Assembly: GCA_963775685.1 (NCBI GenBank)
Contig: CAVZJV010000014.1
Span: 224,001-288,000, forward strand
DNA length: 64,000 bases
From: Candidatus Bathyarchaeota archaeon
GTDB taxonomy: Archaea; Thermoproteota; Bathyarchaeia; Bathyarchaeales; Bathycorpusculaceae
Direction: 5' to 3'
Shown in pieces: positions 10,010 through 20,596 of the stretch. Below the pieces are notes generated by a model, which was not told the origin of the DNA, ran no database searches, and worked only from the letters and a program-made list of their open reading frames with translations. The position numbers and the translations under genes were made by a program. The stretch's first letter is position 1, and every line of letters starts with the position of its first letter.

Positions 10010-12025
10010 ATGAAGAGAAATATCTGCATTTTCTTGGTTGCTATCCTTTTTAGCTTGCTATTTGCAGCTACATCTTTTCAAGGGGTATTCTCGCAGACTC
10101 CTACCCAATTAGACCCCAATGCGATCCCCAAGTGGAGCAACCAACTCGCCCAGGCTCCGCCTATCTACGTAGCAAACAACATGACTGACAGCTCAGGCAA
10201 ACTGGTTCGCCAAGAATATGTCGTAAGAATTAAGGAATTCCAGCAACAACTCTTGCCTATTGCGGATTCTAATGGAAATCCAACAGGGTTTGGGTCTACT
10301 ACAGTTTGGGGATTTGAGGGGGAAGCTAAAGATTCAGTAACAGGAGAAAGTCTTGGTTTAGTTCAAAGTACTCCAGGCTGTTCCTTCGAAGCTATCAGAG
10401 GTGTTCCAGTTCAGGTTAAATGGGTTAATGACCTTGTAGACGCTTCTGGGAATCCCTTGCCAAACCTGTTTGCGGTTGACCCAACTTTTCTGTGGGCTAA
10501 CCCAAACGGCATCCAGACGCCTAATCCAAGTTCCGTGCCGCAGGGTAGTTATCCGCAAGCTCAAAGCCCAGTTCCAATCTCAATACATCTTCATGGCGGA
10601 GAAACTCCATCGATTTCAGATGGAGGGCCTGACGCATGGTGGACTCCAAATGGTTTGCATGGACCAGCCTACAACACAGAGGTGCCCACTGATGATAATT
10701 CGGCAGTTTTTGTTTATCCTAATGAGCAGCAAGCCACAGCACTCTGGTACCATGATCATGCCATGGGTATTACCCGCCTAAACGTCATGTCGGGGCTCGC
10801 TGGGTTTTACCTCATACGAAGTCCTGACGACCAAGTTGCGCAGTTGCTACCTAAGGGCGAGTTTGAAGTTCCCCTCGCCATTCAAGACAGAAACTTTCTC
10901 TCAGATGGCTCCCTCTACTACTCCAGTCAAGGTACCGATCCCTCTGTGCATCCATATTGGAACCCTACATTCATGGGCAACACGATCATGGTTAACGGAA
11001 TGGTTTGGCCAAACATGGACGTTAAACAGGGGCAATACCGCCTAAGAATTCTAGATGGGTCAAACAACCGATTCTACACGTTACATTTTTCAAACGGCAT
11101 GAGTTTTACCCAGATAGGTAGCGACGGCGGGTATCTCAAAGCTCCAGAGGAACTTACTTCTCTTACAATCTCGCCAGCAGAGCGAGTAGATTTGCTCGTA
11201 GATTTTTCAAATGTTCCCGCGGGTGAGAAAGTAATCCTTCAAAATTCAGATCTATCATTGACCCCTAATGAAAAACAGGCTGTGGGGCAAATCATGCAGT
11301 TTACTGTCGGCAACGAAAAGGGCGCTTCGCCGCAGAATCTGCCCTTAGAATTGAATCCGACGTTAAAAGGAGACTTCCCAAATTTACCTACTCCCTCAAA
11401 GAATAGAACTTTAACATTAATTGAACAAGGAACCGCCCCAAACACAGTAGCGATGTTGCTGGACGGTTTGCCTTACGAAGCGCCAGCCACCGAGAAGCCT
11501 CAGATTGGAACTACCGAGGACTGGGTTATAGTTAACCCCACGATGAACTCGCACCCAATTCACTTACACCTGATACAATTCCAGCTGGTGGAGCGCCAAA
11601 CAATTGCTTCAACGCAATACCTGTACGATTGGGAAAAGCTAAACGGAAACCTCCCCTTAAACCACACCGCAAAAAATGTCGACTTGAATCGGTATCTTGA
11701 AGGACAACCGGTCAAGCCTACACCAAATGAACAATGCTGGAAAGACACAATCCAAGTCGACGCAGGCATGGTCACCATTATTAGAGTGCGCTTTGCTCCG
11801 CAGGATGGCTCAAACTACGGGTTTGACCCAACAAGCGGTCCAGGGTACGTTTGGCACTGCCACATCCTTGAACACGAAGATAACTCTATGATGCGTCCTC
11901 TTATCATTGTAGGCTCTAATAACCAAACAGCGCTTCTGTTAGTTGCTACCGCTATAATCGTGATAACTGTAGTGGCTGGCCTGGTTGTTTTCAGACGATT
12001 CCGAAGGAAAGCAGGCAGAAAATAA
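10010..12025 (+). CDS. Multicopper oxidase (CotA/bilirubin-oxidase-like) with signal peptide and C-terminal membrane anchor
   Basis: All four Cu motifs present: HLHG, WYHDH, HPIHLH, WHCHILEHEDNSMM; C-terminal TM followed by RRFRRK. Confidence 0.93.
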   Translation: MKRNICIFLVAILFSLLFAATSFQGVFSQTPTQLDPNAIPKWSNQLAQAPPIYVANNMTDSSGKLVRQEYVVRIKEFQQQLLPIADSNGNPTGFGSTTVWGFEGEAKDSVTGESLGLVQSTPGCSFEAIRGVPVQVKWVNDLVDASGNPLPNLFAVDPTFLWANPNGIQTPNPSSVPQGSYPQAQSPVPISIHLHGGETPSISDGGPDAWWTPNGLHGPAYNTEVPTDDNSAVFVYPNEQQATALWYHDHAMGITRLNVMSGLAGFYLIRSPDDQVAQLLPKGEFEVPLAIQDRNFLSDGSLYYSSQGTDPSVHPYWNPTFMGNTIMVNGMVWPNMDVKQGQYRLRILDGSNNRFYTLHFSNGMSFTQIGSDGGYLKAPEELTSLTISPAERVDLLVDFSNVPAGEKVILQNSDLSLTPNEKQAVGQIMQFTVGNEKGASPQNLPLELNPTLKGDFPNLPTPSKNRTLTLIEQGTAPNTVAMLLDGLPYEAPATEKPQIGTTEDWVIVNPTMNSHPIHLHLIQFQLVERQTIASTQYLYDWEKLNGNLPLNHTAKNVDLNRYLEGQPVKPTPNEQCWKDTIQVDAGMVTIIRVRFAPQDGSNYGFDPTSGPGYVWHCHILEHEDNSMMRPLIIVGSNNQTALLLVATAIIVITVVAGLVVFRRFRRKAGRK

Positions 12026-12047
12026 GTACCATTCATTTTTTTTAAAA

Positions 12048-12344
12048 TTAAAGTTTTACTATTTGCGCATGCGGTACTCCTTCAATATTCAGCACAGCTT
12101 CAGGATGAACAAAACCTTCCTCAATAGCTTTTTCCACACAACACTTGCCTATAAGATTAACAATGTTGGAGTTGCCAATCAAGCCCACTGCTTCGTCAAC
12201 GGTTGCTTTTCGCCCATTGTAGAACTCGTTTTTTATGTGGAAGACAATTTTGCCTTCCCTGAGTGTTCGTCCCAGCAATTCGCAGTCGCATACTGCAAGG
12301 AGCACGTTTTGCCCCATCTTTTTGATGTTGAGGTAAACTTCCAT
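12048..12344 (-). CDS. DUF424 family protein
   Basis: LLAVCDCELLG..FY.G..NLIG..V..AIEEGFVHP..I.GVPHAQ; usual neighbour of aIF-2beta. Confidence 0.85.
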   Translation of the reverse strand: MEVYLNIKKMGQNVLLAVCDCELLGRTLREGKIVFHIKNEFYNGRKATVDEAVGLIGNSNIVNLIGKCCVEKAIEEGFVHPEAVLNIEGVPHAQIVKL

Positions 12345-12352
12345 TTAAGTCC

Positions 12353-12763
12353 TCAAAGCTGTTTAATGGATGATTTCGCGCCGCAGGCGTTGCACACCAG
12401 AAAAGACAGGCGTTTTTCCTTCACAATTCTGGTATCTGGACGTTTACAGACTGGGCATATGACATAACCCTCTAGGTACCTTTGCAATAAACGGTCAAAG
12501 CTATCGCGCTGGAACTTGCCTTGAAAAATAGCGCGTGAATCATGGAAAGTTGCTGCTGTCGCCATTTCTCTGGTTAAGAACTTTAGAATGTGTTGAGGGT
12601 CGCGATCTAAGGAGTCGGCAACTTCTTTGAAGTTTGAAATTATTGTGCGCATTCCAACTGTGTTTACGTATAACCTTGGTAACTCGAGACGTTCTCGTTT
12701 TTCGGACACTTGGGGCATTTGAGCGCAGGCTCGCTTTAGCAAGTCATCATAGTTGAAGGTCAT
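12353..12763 (-). CDS. eif2b: Translation initiation factor aIF-2 beta
   Basis: YDDLLKRA, NFKEVADSLDRDPQHILKFL, CPVCKRPDT..CNACGA Zn ribbon. Confidence 0.95.
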   Translation of the reverse strand: MTFNYDDLLKRACAQMPQVSEKRERLELPRLYVNTVGMRTIISNFKEVADSLDRDPQHILKFLTREMATAATFHDSRAIFQGKFQRDSFDRLLQRYLEGYVICPVCKRPDTRIVKEKRLSFLVCNACGAKSSIKQL

Positions 12764-12925
12764 GTTTCCATCTCACCTCAATCAAGGTGGTAGCACATAT
12801 TTAAAATTATAACGTTAAAAATAACATTATGATGGGCGTTGAATATCTATAAATAAAAAAGTAAACCAATATAAATTCGGAAAGCAAAGCTAAGGTATCA
12901 ACTCTCGACTTACAGAGGCTAACGT

Positions 12926-13873
12926 GTGACAGAGAACCAAAAAAGCCAAGAAGGAAACATTAACCTCCAAATTGATAAAATAAAAAAGCAAATTGCAGAA
13001 GCAAACAATCAAATCAAAAAGTACGTTGAGAAGAGAAACCAGCTGCATGAGCAAGTACGTAAATCCCGCGAAGAAATCACACAGATGAAAACTGAAAGGG
13101 ATGCTTTGAACGAAAAGGTAAAGTTGCTTAAGGAACAAAGAAACATCATTAGAGCCCAAGCAGCCCCAATCATGGAAGAAGTAAAGGTCATCGATGAAAA
13201 AATCGCTGAACTAAAAAAGAATGTGCCACGGGTGAGTCAACGTGAACTGCAAGAAGAGCTTGATGCGATTGAATGGAAGATTTCGACAACTTCACTTGAC
13301 ATACAAGATGAGAAAAGACTCGTTGGAGAAGTAAAAGAACTTGAGCTCCAACTGAAGGGTTACAAGAAAATCGATAAAAAACACCAAAAGATCAAAGAAT
13401 TAATTACACAACGCAAAACCATCGATGCTCAAGCTGACGTGTTCCATCAAGAATTAACCGATTTAGCTAAGAAAAGCCAAGATTTACACGCAAAGATGAT
13501 TGAAAAAGTTAACGCCGTGAAAAGGGATAGGGAGGAAGCAGACAGTTTGCATCAAGCGTTTATTAAAACTAAGGAGCAAAATGCTCTCTGGTATGAACAG
13601 ATAAAAATGCTGATGGATCAAAGCAGGGGCATTTGGGTTACAAACCGGCAATTTGATTTAGCAAAGCGAAAGGAAGAAGATGCTAAAAGGCAAGAAGAGC
13701 AGATTAAATGGAAAGAGCTACAAGCCCAAAAGGTGGTTAAAGAGAAAGAGATTAAAGAGAAAATCGGGGCAGAAGCCAAAGAAAAATTGAACCGAGGCGA
13801 AAAAGTGAATTGGGAAGAGTTCCAGCTGATGCTTGGCGGGGAAGAAGAGGACGATACAGAAGCACAAACTTAA
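12926..13873 (+). CDS. Archaeal coiled-coil protein (COG1340-like)
   Basis: Long heptad K/E-rich helix, IEWKISTTSLDIQDEKRLV, EKLNRGEKVNWEE; context next to DUF373. Confidence 0.75.
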   Translation: MTENQKSQEGNINLQIDKIKKQIAEANNQIKKYVEKRNQLHEQVRKSREEITQMKTERDALNEKVKLLKEQRNIIRAQAAPIMEEVKVIDEKIAELKKNVPRVSQRELQEELDAIEWKISTTSLDIQDEKRLVGEVKELELQLKGYKKIDKKHQKIKELITQRKTIDAQADVFHQELTDLAKKSQDLHAKMIEKVNAVKRDREEADSLHQAFIKTKEQNALWYEQIKMLMDQSRGIWVTNRQFDLAKRKEEDAKRQEEQIKWKELQAQKVVKEKEIKEKIGAEAKEKLNRGEKVNWEEFQLMLGGEEEDDTEAQT

Positions 13874-13908
13874 AGTTAAGAGTCCATAATAAGAGATAGA
13901 GATTCGCG

Positions 13909-15138
13909 ATGGCTAAAAAGGAAACGGCTGCCCAGACGCAAAAGCGTATCCTAATTTTGTGTGTTGATAGAGATGGCGATCTGGAAGTCAAAGCAGGAAT
14001 AAAGACGCCGCTTCTTGGAAGAACAGCCAACCTTGATGGGGCTGTTGCTTTAGCCCTCAAGGATCCTGAGGAGCCAGATGCAAACGCTATGTTTGAAGCC
14101 GTGCGCCTATACGACCGATTGCATGATGAAAAGCAACCTGAGGAAGTTTTTGAGGTAGCCACAATTTCGGGGTCGGATCTTGGAGGGGTTAGTGCTGATA
14201 GAAAGTTGGTTTCTGAATTAAATAATTTACTTGAATCTTTCAGTGCAAATGAGGTTATCTTGGTTTCTGATGGTTTTTCTGATGAAGCAGTCTTACCGCT
14301 TGTGGAATCAAGAGTGCCTGTCTCATCTGTTCGCCGCATAGTTATAAAGCATAGCGAGTCAATCGAAGAGACCGCGGCTGTCTTCACAAAGTACATTCGA
14401 TTATTGGTGGATAATCCAAGGTATGCACGTATGGCGTTGGGTTTGCCTGGACTGCTGGTTTTTATCTTCGGAGTTCTTTGGGCAATCAATAACTATGTCT
14501 ACCCGGGAGCCATTTACTTCTACGGCATAGCAATTGTTATAGTCGTAGGCGGGTTCTTGCTTTTCAAAGGTTTTGGCGTTGACAGAGCAACCAAAGGCTT
14601 CTATGAATGGGCAAGAGATTACTCGCCGCCCTCACTTCCGATGCAGATTTCAAACTATACGGTTATCGCCGGAATATTATGCATTGCTGTTAGCGTTTAC
14701 CTGGGCATAGCAAACGTTAACATAAACGTGGCACCTGCCGCCGATTTAGGCGGCTGGCTCAGCATGACTCCACGAGTAGCATATTACTTTCTCACTGGAA
14801 TTATTGACCTTTTAGTAGCTGGTATATGTATCGTTCTGTTAGGGAGAAGTGTACGGTTATATGTTGAGCGCAATTCACGTCTATTGCGAAACGTTGCGTT
14901 AATCGTTACAGTGGCTTGGTCCCGTTGGGTCCTGACAGCAACAGCAAACGTCATAAGTCACTACTACAACGACACAACAGCAGTCGTCGGGTTGGGTGAC
15001 TCAATTTTCTCTGGTTTTCTCTTCACCATCATAGTGGGCATTCTAATCGGCGTAGCTTCAGTTCTACTAATTTACATCGTTAACAGGTCTGCTAAAGACT
15101 TCTTTAAGAAAAGAGAAGAACAACTAGACGAACTCTAA
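13909..15138 (+). CDS. DUF373 family membrane protein
   Basis: LILCVDRDGD, DPEEPDANAMF, VSDGFSDE, then several TM helices. Confidence 0.88.
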   Translation: MAKKETAAQTQKRILILCVDRDGDLEVKAGIKTPLLGRTANLDGAVALALKDPEEPDANAMFEAVRLYDRLHDEKQPEEVFEVATISGSDLGGVSADRKLVSELNNLLESFSANEVILVSDGFSDEAVLPLVESRVPVSSVRRIVIKHSESIEETAAVFTKYIRLLVDNPRYARMALGLPGLLVFIFGVLWAINNYVYPGAIYFYGIAIVIVVGGFLLFKGFGVDRATKGFYEWARDYSPPSLPMQISNYTVIAGILCIAVSVYLGIANVNINVAPAADLGGWLSMTPRVAYYFLTGIIDLLVAGICIVLLGRSVRLYVERNSRLLRNVALIVTVAWSRWVLTATANVISHYYNDTTAVVGLGDSIFSGFLFTIIVGILIGVASVLLIYIVNRSAKDFFKKREEQLDEL

Positions 15139-15257
15139 AAATATCCTATATGTTATTTTATGTTAAGAGTAAGCTTTAATTTAACCCTTCAAAGCTTTAG
15201 CTATATGCACAGTAAAAATGGACGTGCAGAATCCTGCAGACATAAGAGGTCAGCTTA

Positions 15258-16052
15258 GTGCTTAAGAGATTTCTTTTCGTCATCGGCGCCTACAAAATAT
15301 ATGAGAAATGGCTATGGCTCCAAGTTAAAAACGGCATCAAACCCGAACACATAGCCATTATTCTTGACGGAAACAGACGCTGGGCAAACGACCAGGAAAG
15401 TAATCCTTGGCTAACAGATAAGTGGGGTCACAAACAAGGCGCTGACACGGTTGAACAGCTACTTGACTGGACCCAAATGGTCGGTGTCAAATATGTTACT
15501 CTATATACTTTTTCAACAGAGAATTTTAGCCGGAACCCTGCCGAAATCGAAAAAATCATGCAGATTGCTGAGGAAAGATTTCGCAAATTATTGACTGATG
15601 AGCGGGTTCATGAAAACAAAGTTCATGTCAAAGTAATAGGCAGAACTAACATGTTGCCTGAAGGCTTGCGGAAGAGCATCGCAGACGTGGAAAAGGCGAC
15701 AGCAGATTATAATAATTTCTTCTGGAATTTCGCTTTTGCGTACGGTGGTCGAGCAGAAATCGTGGACGCAGCTAAAACCATAGCGCTGAAAGTGAAAAGC
15801 GGCGAAATAAACGTCGATGACGTCACTGAAAACACCTTTGAAAAGTATCTTTACACTTCACACATGACTAAGCAGGACCCAGACATGATTATACGCACTT
15901 CAGGTGAAGAACGATTAAGCGGGTTCTTGCTGTGGCAAGCTGCCTACAGTGAACTTCTTTTCCTGGACGTTTACTGGCCGGATTTCCGCTTTATCGACCT
16001 GTTAAGGGCGATAAGGGTGTTTCAGCACCGCAAACGCCGCTTTGGAGTATAA
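15258..16052 (+). CDS. uppS: cis-polyprenyl diphosphate synthase
   Basis: HIAIILDGNRRWA, FSTENF.R, YGGRAEI, IRTSGEERLSGFLLWQ. Confidence 0.95.
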   Translation: MLKRFLFVIGAYKIYEKWLWLQVKNGIKPEHIAIILDGNRRWANDQESNPWLTDKWGHKQGADTVEQLLDWTQMVGVKYVTLYTFSTENFSRNPAEIEKIMQIAEERFRKLLTDERVHENKVHVKVIGRTNMLPEGLRKSIADVEKATADYNNFFWNFAFAYGGRAEIVDAAKTIALKVKSGEINVDDVTENTFEKYLYTSHMTKQDPDMIIRTSGEERLSGFLLWQAAYSELLFLDVYWPDFRFIDLLRAIRVFQHRKRRFGV

Positions 16053-16058
16053 AAAGGG

Positions 16059-17288
16059 TTAAGAACGCTTTTTGGAACTGACAATTGAGATGACATCTCG
16101 ATCTTTTAGGATGGCATCTTCACCGATTCTTCTTTTGTCTCGAGCGTCTACGGCGTATAGGAAGCTTTCGCCAAGTTCGCTGTGGATTATGTAGGCGAAT
16201 AGATGGGCGGTGGTGCCTTTTGGAACAAGGTAAGTGTCGGGTAGAACGCGTCCGTTATGGTCGGCTAAGTGCTCAAGGTCTTCTACTGGATAAACGGTTA
16301 TCATATCTAAAAGTTTGAAGTAAGCGGTGTTTATGGCTTCTTGTACACCAGTGGAGCCGTTGGTTTTAAGGATTTTATCTTTTACTTGTTCAAGTGCCTT
16401 AATCTGACCTGCCGACAGCTTTTCAGGCTGCGTTATTTTAAAGTCCTTATCTCCTGGCTTATAATCGATGAACTGCTTCTCCGCTGCACGTCGTAGCACC
16501 AACTCCGCTTCTGCTGAGCAGGGAATGACGACGTAATCGAGTTTTTTCATCCTTTCAACATTTGCTTGGGCGGTTGGTAAATCAATTTTGTTGGCAACAA
16601 TCAACAGAGGCTTGGAAATGCGTCGTAAATTATCTACAAAACGGTAAAAGTCCTCATCCGTCCAAGACGCAGGTTTATCAAGGTTCAAGTTTGCTCTCCG
16701 AACAGCCTCACCTATACATTGACGTTTTATGCTCAAACCCGTTAAACGGTCCTCAAGATGATGAGCAATGCCCTTTTTGTCCGCTTCCGCAGTCCGCGCA
16801 ATTTTTGACCAATCTTTTTTGAGAATGCTAACCATCCACAAGGTTATTTCGCGTTCCAAAAACTGCACATCTTCCAAGGGATCATGCTCGCCTAGTTTGC
16901 AGGTTTTTCCTTCGCAATCGGTTCCTCCTGAAGCGTCAACTACGTGTATAAGGGCGTCTGCTCGTCGGATTTCGTCAAGGAACTGGTTACCTAATCCTCG
17001 TCCTTCCCAGGCGCCCGGAACGATGCCTGCAATGTCGATTAACTCTATTGGGACAAGCCTGACGCCGTCGAGGCAAAGCGAGTTTCGCGGGTCATCTTTG
17101 ACTTTGAATTCTTCATGGACGCATTGAGTTCGGACGTAGCCGACGCCTCGGTTTGGTTTGATGGTGGTGAAGGGGTAATTAGCGATTTCCGCAGTGGCCA
17201 AGGTTGTTGCGCTAAAAAACGTGGATTTGCCTGTGTTTGGTTTTCCAACTACTCCAAGTAAACGTGAATAAGACTTTTGCATTGACAA
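16059..17288 (-). CDS. ychF: YchF/Obg-family ATPase, archaeal type
   Basis: GKPNTGKST, YPFTTI, DIAG, NKID, C-terminal TGS-like IHSELGESF. Confidence 0.92.
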   Translation of the reverse strand: MSMQKSYSRLLGVVGKPNTGKSTFFSATTLATAEIANYPFTTIKPNRGVGYVRTQCVHEEFKVKDDPRNSLCLDGVRLVPIELIDIAGIVPGAWEGRGLGNQFLDEIRRADALIHVVDASGGTDCEGKTCKLGEHDPLEDVQFLEREITLWMVSILKKDWSKIARTAEADKKGIAHHLEDRLTGLSIKRQCIGEAVRRANLNLDKPASWTDEDFYRFVDNLRRISKPLLIVANKIDLPTAQANVERMKKLDYVVIPCSAEAELVLRRAAEKQFIDYKPGDKDFKITQPEKLSAGQIKALEQVKDKILKTNGSTGVQEAINTAYFKLLDMITVYPVEDLEHLADHNGRVLPDTYLVPKGTTAHLFAYIIHSELGESFLYAVDARDKRRIGEDAILKDRDVISIVSSKKRS

Positions 17289-17438
17289 TTCAATTCACTT
17301 ACCTTATTGTTGCAGCGTGTAGAGCTATATTATTTGCGCTTCAATAAAGAGTGTACATTGGGAAGCGAACACACCAACACTATAATAAACTTAAAACTAT
17401 AACTTTAAAAGAGATTGAATGAGAAATAGCTGAGAAAA

Positions 17439-19886
17439 GTGGGTCAAATAGGAACAAAAAACATCGTATTCAATGTTATTTTATTGCTTATAGTAGGTGC
17501 TATTGTACAGGTTCAAACCCAAAACTTGCCTGTACGGGCAACTGACGAATGGATCGCTCATCCACTGTTTATTTCTCCATTTGGCGGCTCCCAAACCCCA
17601 GTAGGTTATTCTCCTCGCCAAATTAGAACAGCGTATAATCTCCCCACATCAGGAGGGAACGGAACAACTATCGCCATAATCGACGCCTATGATACACCAA
17701 ATATTCTAACTTGCTTCAACATTTTTTCAAATCGATTTGGGCTTCCTGATAATAGCACAGGGAACTTTTTGGTCCACAAAATGGCTCAAAACATGCAAAC
17801 CTATGGCGACTGGGCTTTGGAAACTTGTTTAGATGTTGAGTGGGCTCATGCTATCGCTCCAAACGCAACAATACTTCTAGTGGAATCAGTTAGCCCAAGT
17901 ACCTCAGCTCTTCTCTCAGCCATCGATTATGCAACAAGTCAACCAGGAGTAGTTGCTGTTTCAATGAGTTGGGGTGACGATGAATTCTCATTTGAAAAAA
18001 ACTTTGATAACCACTTTAACATACCAGGCATAGCCTTTTTCGCAGCCTCAGGTGACGATGGCACAAACGTAATATGGCCTGCCGTGTCAGCAAATGTTGT
18101 TAGTGTGGGCGGAACAACCCTTAATCTCAATTCGGAAGGGAAAGTAATTTCTGAAGTTGCTTGGAAAAACAGTAGTGGTGGAATAAGCAATTATGTCGCT
18201 AGACCATTATATCAAACAAATTTTGGCCTCACTTATGCTAATCGTGCTATTCCTGATGTTTCATACAACGGCAACGCTTCAACAGGAGTGGCAGTTTACA
18301 ATGGCACATGGTGGAAAATAGGTGGCACAAGTGCAGGTGCTCCACAGTGGGCCGCTATACATGCCCTCGGGCTCTCCGCTTCAAACACTAATCTCTACAA
18401 TAGAGCAAAATCCGCATATTCCTCGTATTTCCGAGACATCGCTGAGGGGTCTAACTATCATTACTCCTCAACCACAGGATACGATTTAGTTACGGGACTG
18501 GGTAGCCCGCTGACCACTAATTTCGGCACTGAAATCACCATTACTCCGACTGGAGGTCCACCAAACGGTTCTGTAACACTCAATGGAGTGGGCTTTGTCC
18601 TAAGTAGTTCAGTGAATATTTCCTATAGAGATTCACAGAATTCATCTTGGATTGCTTTGTTCAGTAATTTGACGGTTACTTCGGACACGTTTTCTTACCC
18701 TTTTAAAGCACCTGACTTGATGCAGAACAATATAGCAGGAGATAGCCAACCCAAATTTGAAGACATTATTTTCCGAGTTGTGGACAACTATAACCGATCG
18801 GTCATCACAAGTGAGCCTTATACTGAGTGGCGGAGAGGTATAGTTCAAATCGGCAATTTAACTGCTACAGGATTGTACGGTAACAGCACGAATCTGGCAA
18901 CCAATGTTTTTGTCCAGAACGGCAATTCCGTACCCTTTGCAGGTCAATGGTTTGTTCCAGGAAACATATCGATATTCTGGGATAACACCCCAAACTTGGC
19001 TGTAATCTCTACTGATGCCTCAGGGTCTTTCAACACCACAATTACTGTACCTACCACTCTTGCGGGACAACATACTCTTACGTTAAACGATGGAGCAGCC
19101 AACTTTTGCCTAATCCTAACCCGACTGCCAGAAGTAACCAACAATTACCTGGATATATGGCACACGTCCATTTTCACTATAATCTTGACGCCTGATTACG
19201 CTGTGAATGAAACCTTCTACCGAATAAATGATGGTCCAGCTATGAACGTTACAGCTAACGGGCAGCCTGTAATCACAACGGAAGGCAGTGGCAACAAACT
19301 TGAATATTGGAGCACATGGGACCTTTACGGAACAGACATCGTGGATCTTCCGCATATAACTTTAACGGATATTAAATTGGACAAAACTCCGCCAATGGGC
19401 TCGATAACATCCAGAAGCACAAGCGTTAACACAACGAAAATCACGCTTGATTTGAATGCAGTTGACGACGTTAATGTTGAGCAGATGCGATTTTCTAATG
19501 GAAACAACGACTGGTCAGATTGGGAACAATATGCAACGTCGAAAACTTGGCTCCTGACAGACGGCGACGGTTCAAAAACGGTGAATGTTCAATTTATGGA
19601 CGCTGCAGGTTTATCCTCATCGATTTACAGTTGCACAGTTACCCTCGAGACGTCCACACTTACCCCAAATCCAACAGTTTCTCCAACAAAAAAACCATCC
19701 ACCACAGCAAGTTCCACGAATGCACCTACTCTTTCCTTTGATCCAACAGCTTCACCAACAATTCAGCCTACACCAACACCCACAGTTCCAGAATCCAACA
19801 TTGAAATGGTCCTTATCGTCCTTGGGATTTGTCCCCTCATACTGACACTAATCTACAAAAGAAAACATGAAATGGAAAGAAGTTAA
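17439..19886 (+). CDS. S53 (sedolisin-like) secreted peptidase with beta-rich extension, Pro/Thr linker and C-terminal anchor
   Basis: ETCLDVEWAHAIAP (E-x3-D), ASGDDG, GGTSAGAP, GYDLVTGLGSP; VPE followed by TM and KRK tail. Confidence 0.88.
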   Translation: MGQIGTKNIVFNVILLLIVGAIVQVQTQNLPVRATDEWIAHPLFISPFGGSQTPVGYSPRQIRTAYNLPTSGGNGTTIAIIDAYDTPNILTCFNIFSNRFGLPDNSTGNFLVHKMAQNMQTYGDWALETCLDVEWAHAIAPNATILLVESVSPSTSALLSAIDYATSQPGVVAVSMSWGDDEFSFEKNFDNHFNIPGIAFFAASGDDGTNVIWPAVSANVVSVGGTTLNLNSEGKVISEVAWKNSSGGISNYVARPLYQTNFGLTYANRAIPDVSYNGNASTGVAVYNGTWWKIGGTSAGAPQWAAIHALGLSASNTNLYNRAKSAYSSYFRDIAEGSNYHYSSTTGYDLVTGLGSPLTTNFGTEITITPTGGPPNGSVTLNGVGFVLSSSVNISYRDSQNSSWIALFSNLTVTSDTFSYPFKAPDLMQNNIAGDSQPKFEDIIFRVVDNYNRSVITSEPYTEWRRGIVQIGNLTATGLYGNSTNLATNVFVQNGNSVPFAGQWFVPGNISIFWDNTPNLAVISTDASGSFNTTITVPTTLAGQHTLTLNDGAANFCLILTRLPEVTNNYLDIWHTSIFTIILTPDYAVNETFYRINDGPAMNVTANGQPVITTEGSGNKLEYWSTWDLYGTDIVDLPHITLTDIKLDKTPPMGSITSRSTSVNTTKITLDLNAVDDVNVEQMRFSNGNNDWSDWEQYATSKTWLLTDGDGSKTVNVQFMDAAGLSSSIYSCTVTLETSTLTPNPTVSPTKKPSTTASSTNAPTLSFDPTASPTIQPTPTPTVPESNIEMVLIVLGICPLILTLIYKRKHEMERS

Positions 19887-19899
19887 TGCTGAATTTGTT

Positions 19900-20380
19900 T
19901 TCTTGTTAATAATTTGGGTCGCAGGCGATTTTTATTGCCTCAGAGGGTCGAGAAAACGGCTGTCAAGATGCAGAGGAAGGCGGCAAATATGAAGGCTGTG
20001 TCAAGGCAGATATAAGCTTAGGAACGTTGCAATGTTTCCAGCGGCGAAGTTTCGGTTCGTCACCAGATCAAGGCGGAACATAAAGTCGGGAACTTTGCGT
20101 TCGATGATCGGAAACACAGCCAGCCGGGATAGACTATTAGCCATTGAGGCTATCGCTCAGGGGTTGCTCCAGTCCACCGGCGATTGTCGTAGGGTGTTAA
20201 ACCATAAGTAATAACAAGTAAAATCGGGGTTAAGCGGTCTCCAAAGCTGATGTTCCCAATGTGTCAAGTTTCTTTTTTCTTCTATGGATGTGTTGTTACT
20301 TAGTTTCCAGTCTGACGAAGCTGTGTCGATGATGCCAACAGGAACGCCGATTAAGAAGACCAGCCGCCAATCATAAACCC
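19900..20380 (-). pseudogene. MFS (DHA2-like) transporter remnant
   Basis: Minus-strand fragments WRLVFLIGVPVGII and LDTLGNISF..LLVITYG with stops and frameshifts; boundaries approximate. Confidence 0.45.
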
Positions 20381-20401
20381 TCTACAAATCTAAAAAAGGG
20401 T

Positions 20402-20596
20402 TTAACCCTCTTTTAGAACAACCGCTTTAGCCTCGCATTGAGCAACGCAGTCACCGCATCCACGGCAGAAGGTTGGATCCACAATGTTGGGTTCTTCAGT
20501 GCTTATGCGGAAGATGGCTTTAAGGTGGCAAGCCTTTGCCGCATTGCACTTGTCACATCGAACGCATTTAAGTGGGTCAATATAGGCTATAGTCAT
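20402..20596 (-). CDS. 2x[4Fe-4S] ferredoxin-like protein
   Basis: CVRCDKCNAAKAC and CRGCGDCVAQC. Confidence 0.85.
   Translation of the reverse strand: MTIAYIDPLKCVRCDKCNAAKACHLKAIFRISTEEPNIVDPTFCRGCGDCVAQCEAKAVVLKEG

Noticed and set aside
13752-14489. Long antisense ORFs (also 2314-2871, 43340-43801 and others)
   Set aside because: Shadows of well-supported genes on the opposite strand, with no motifs.
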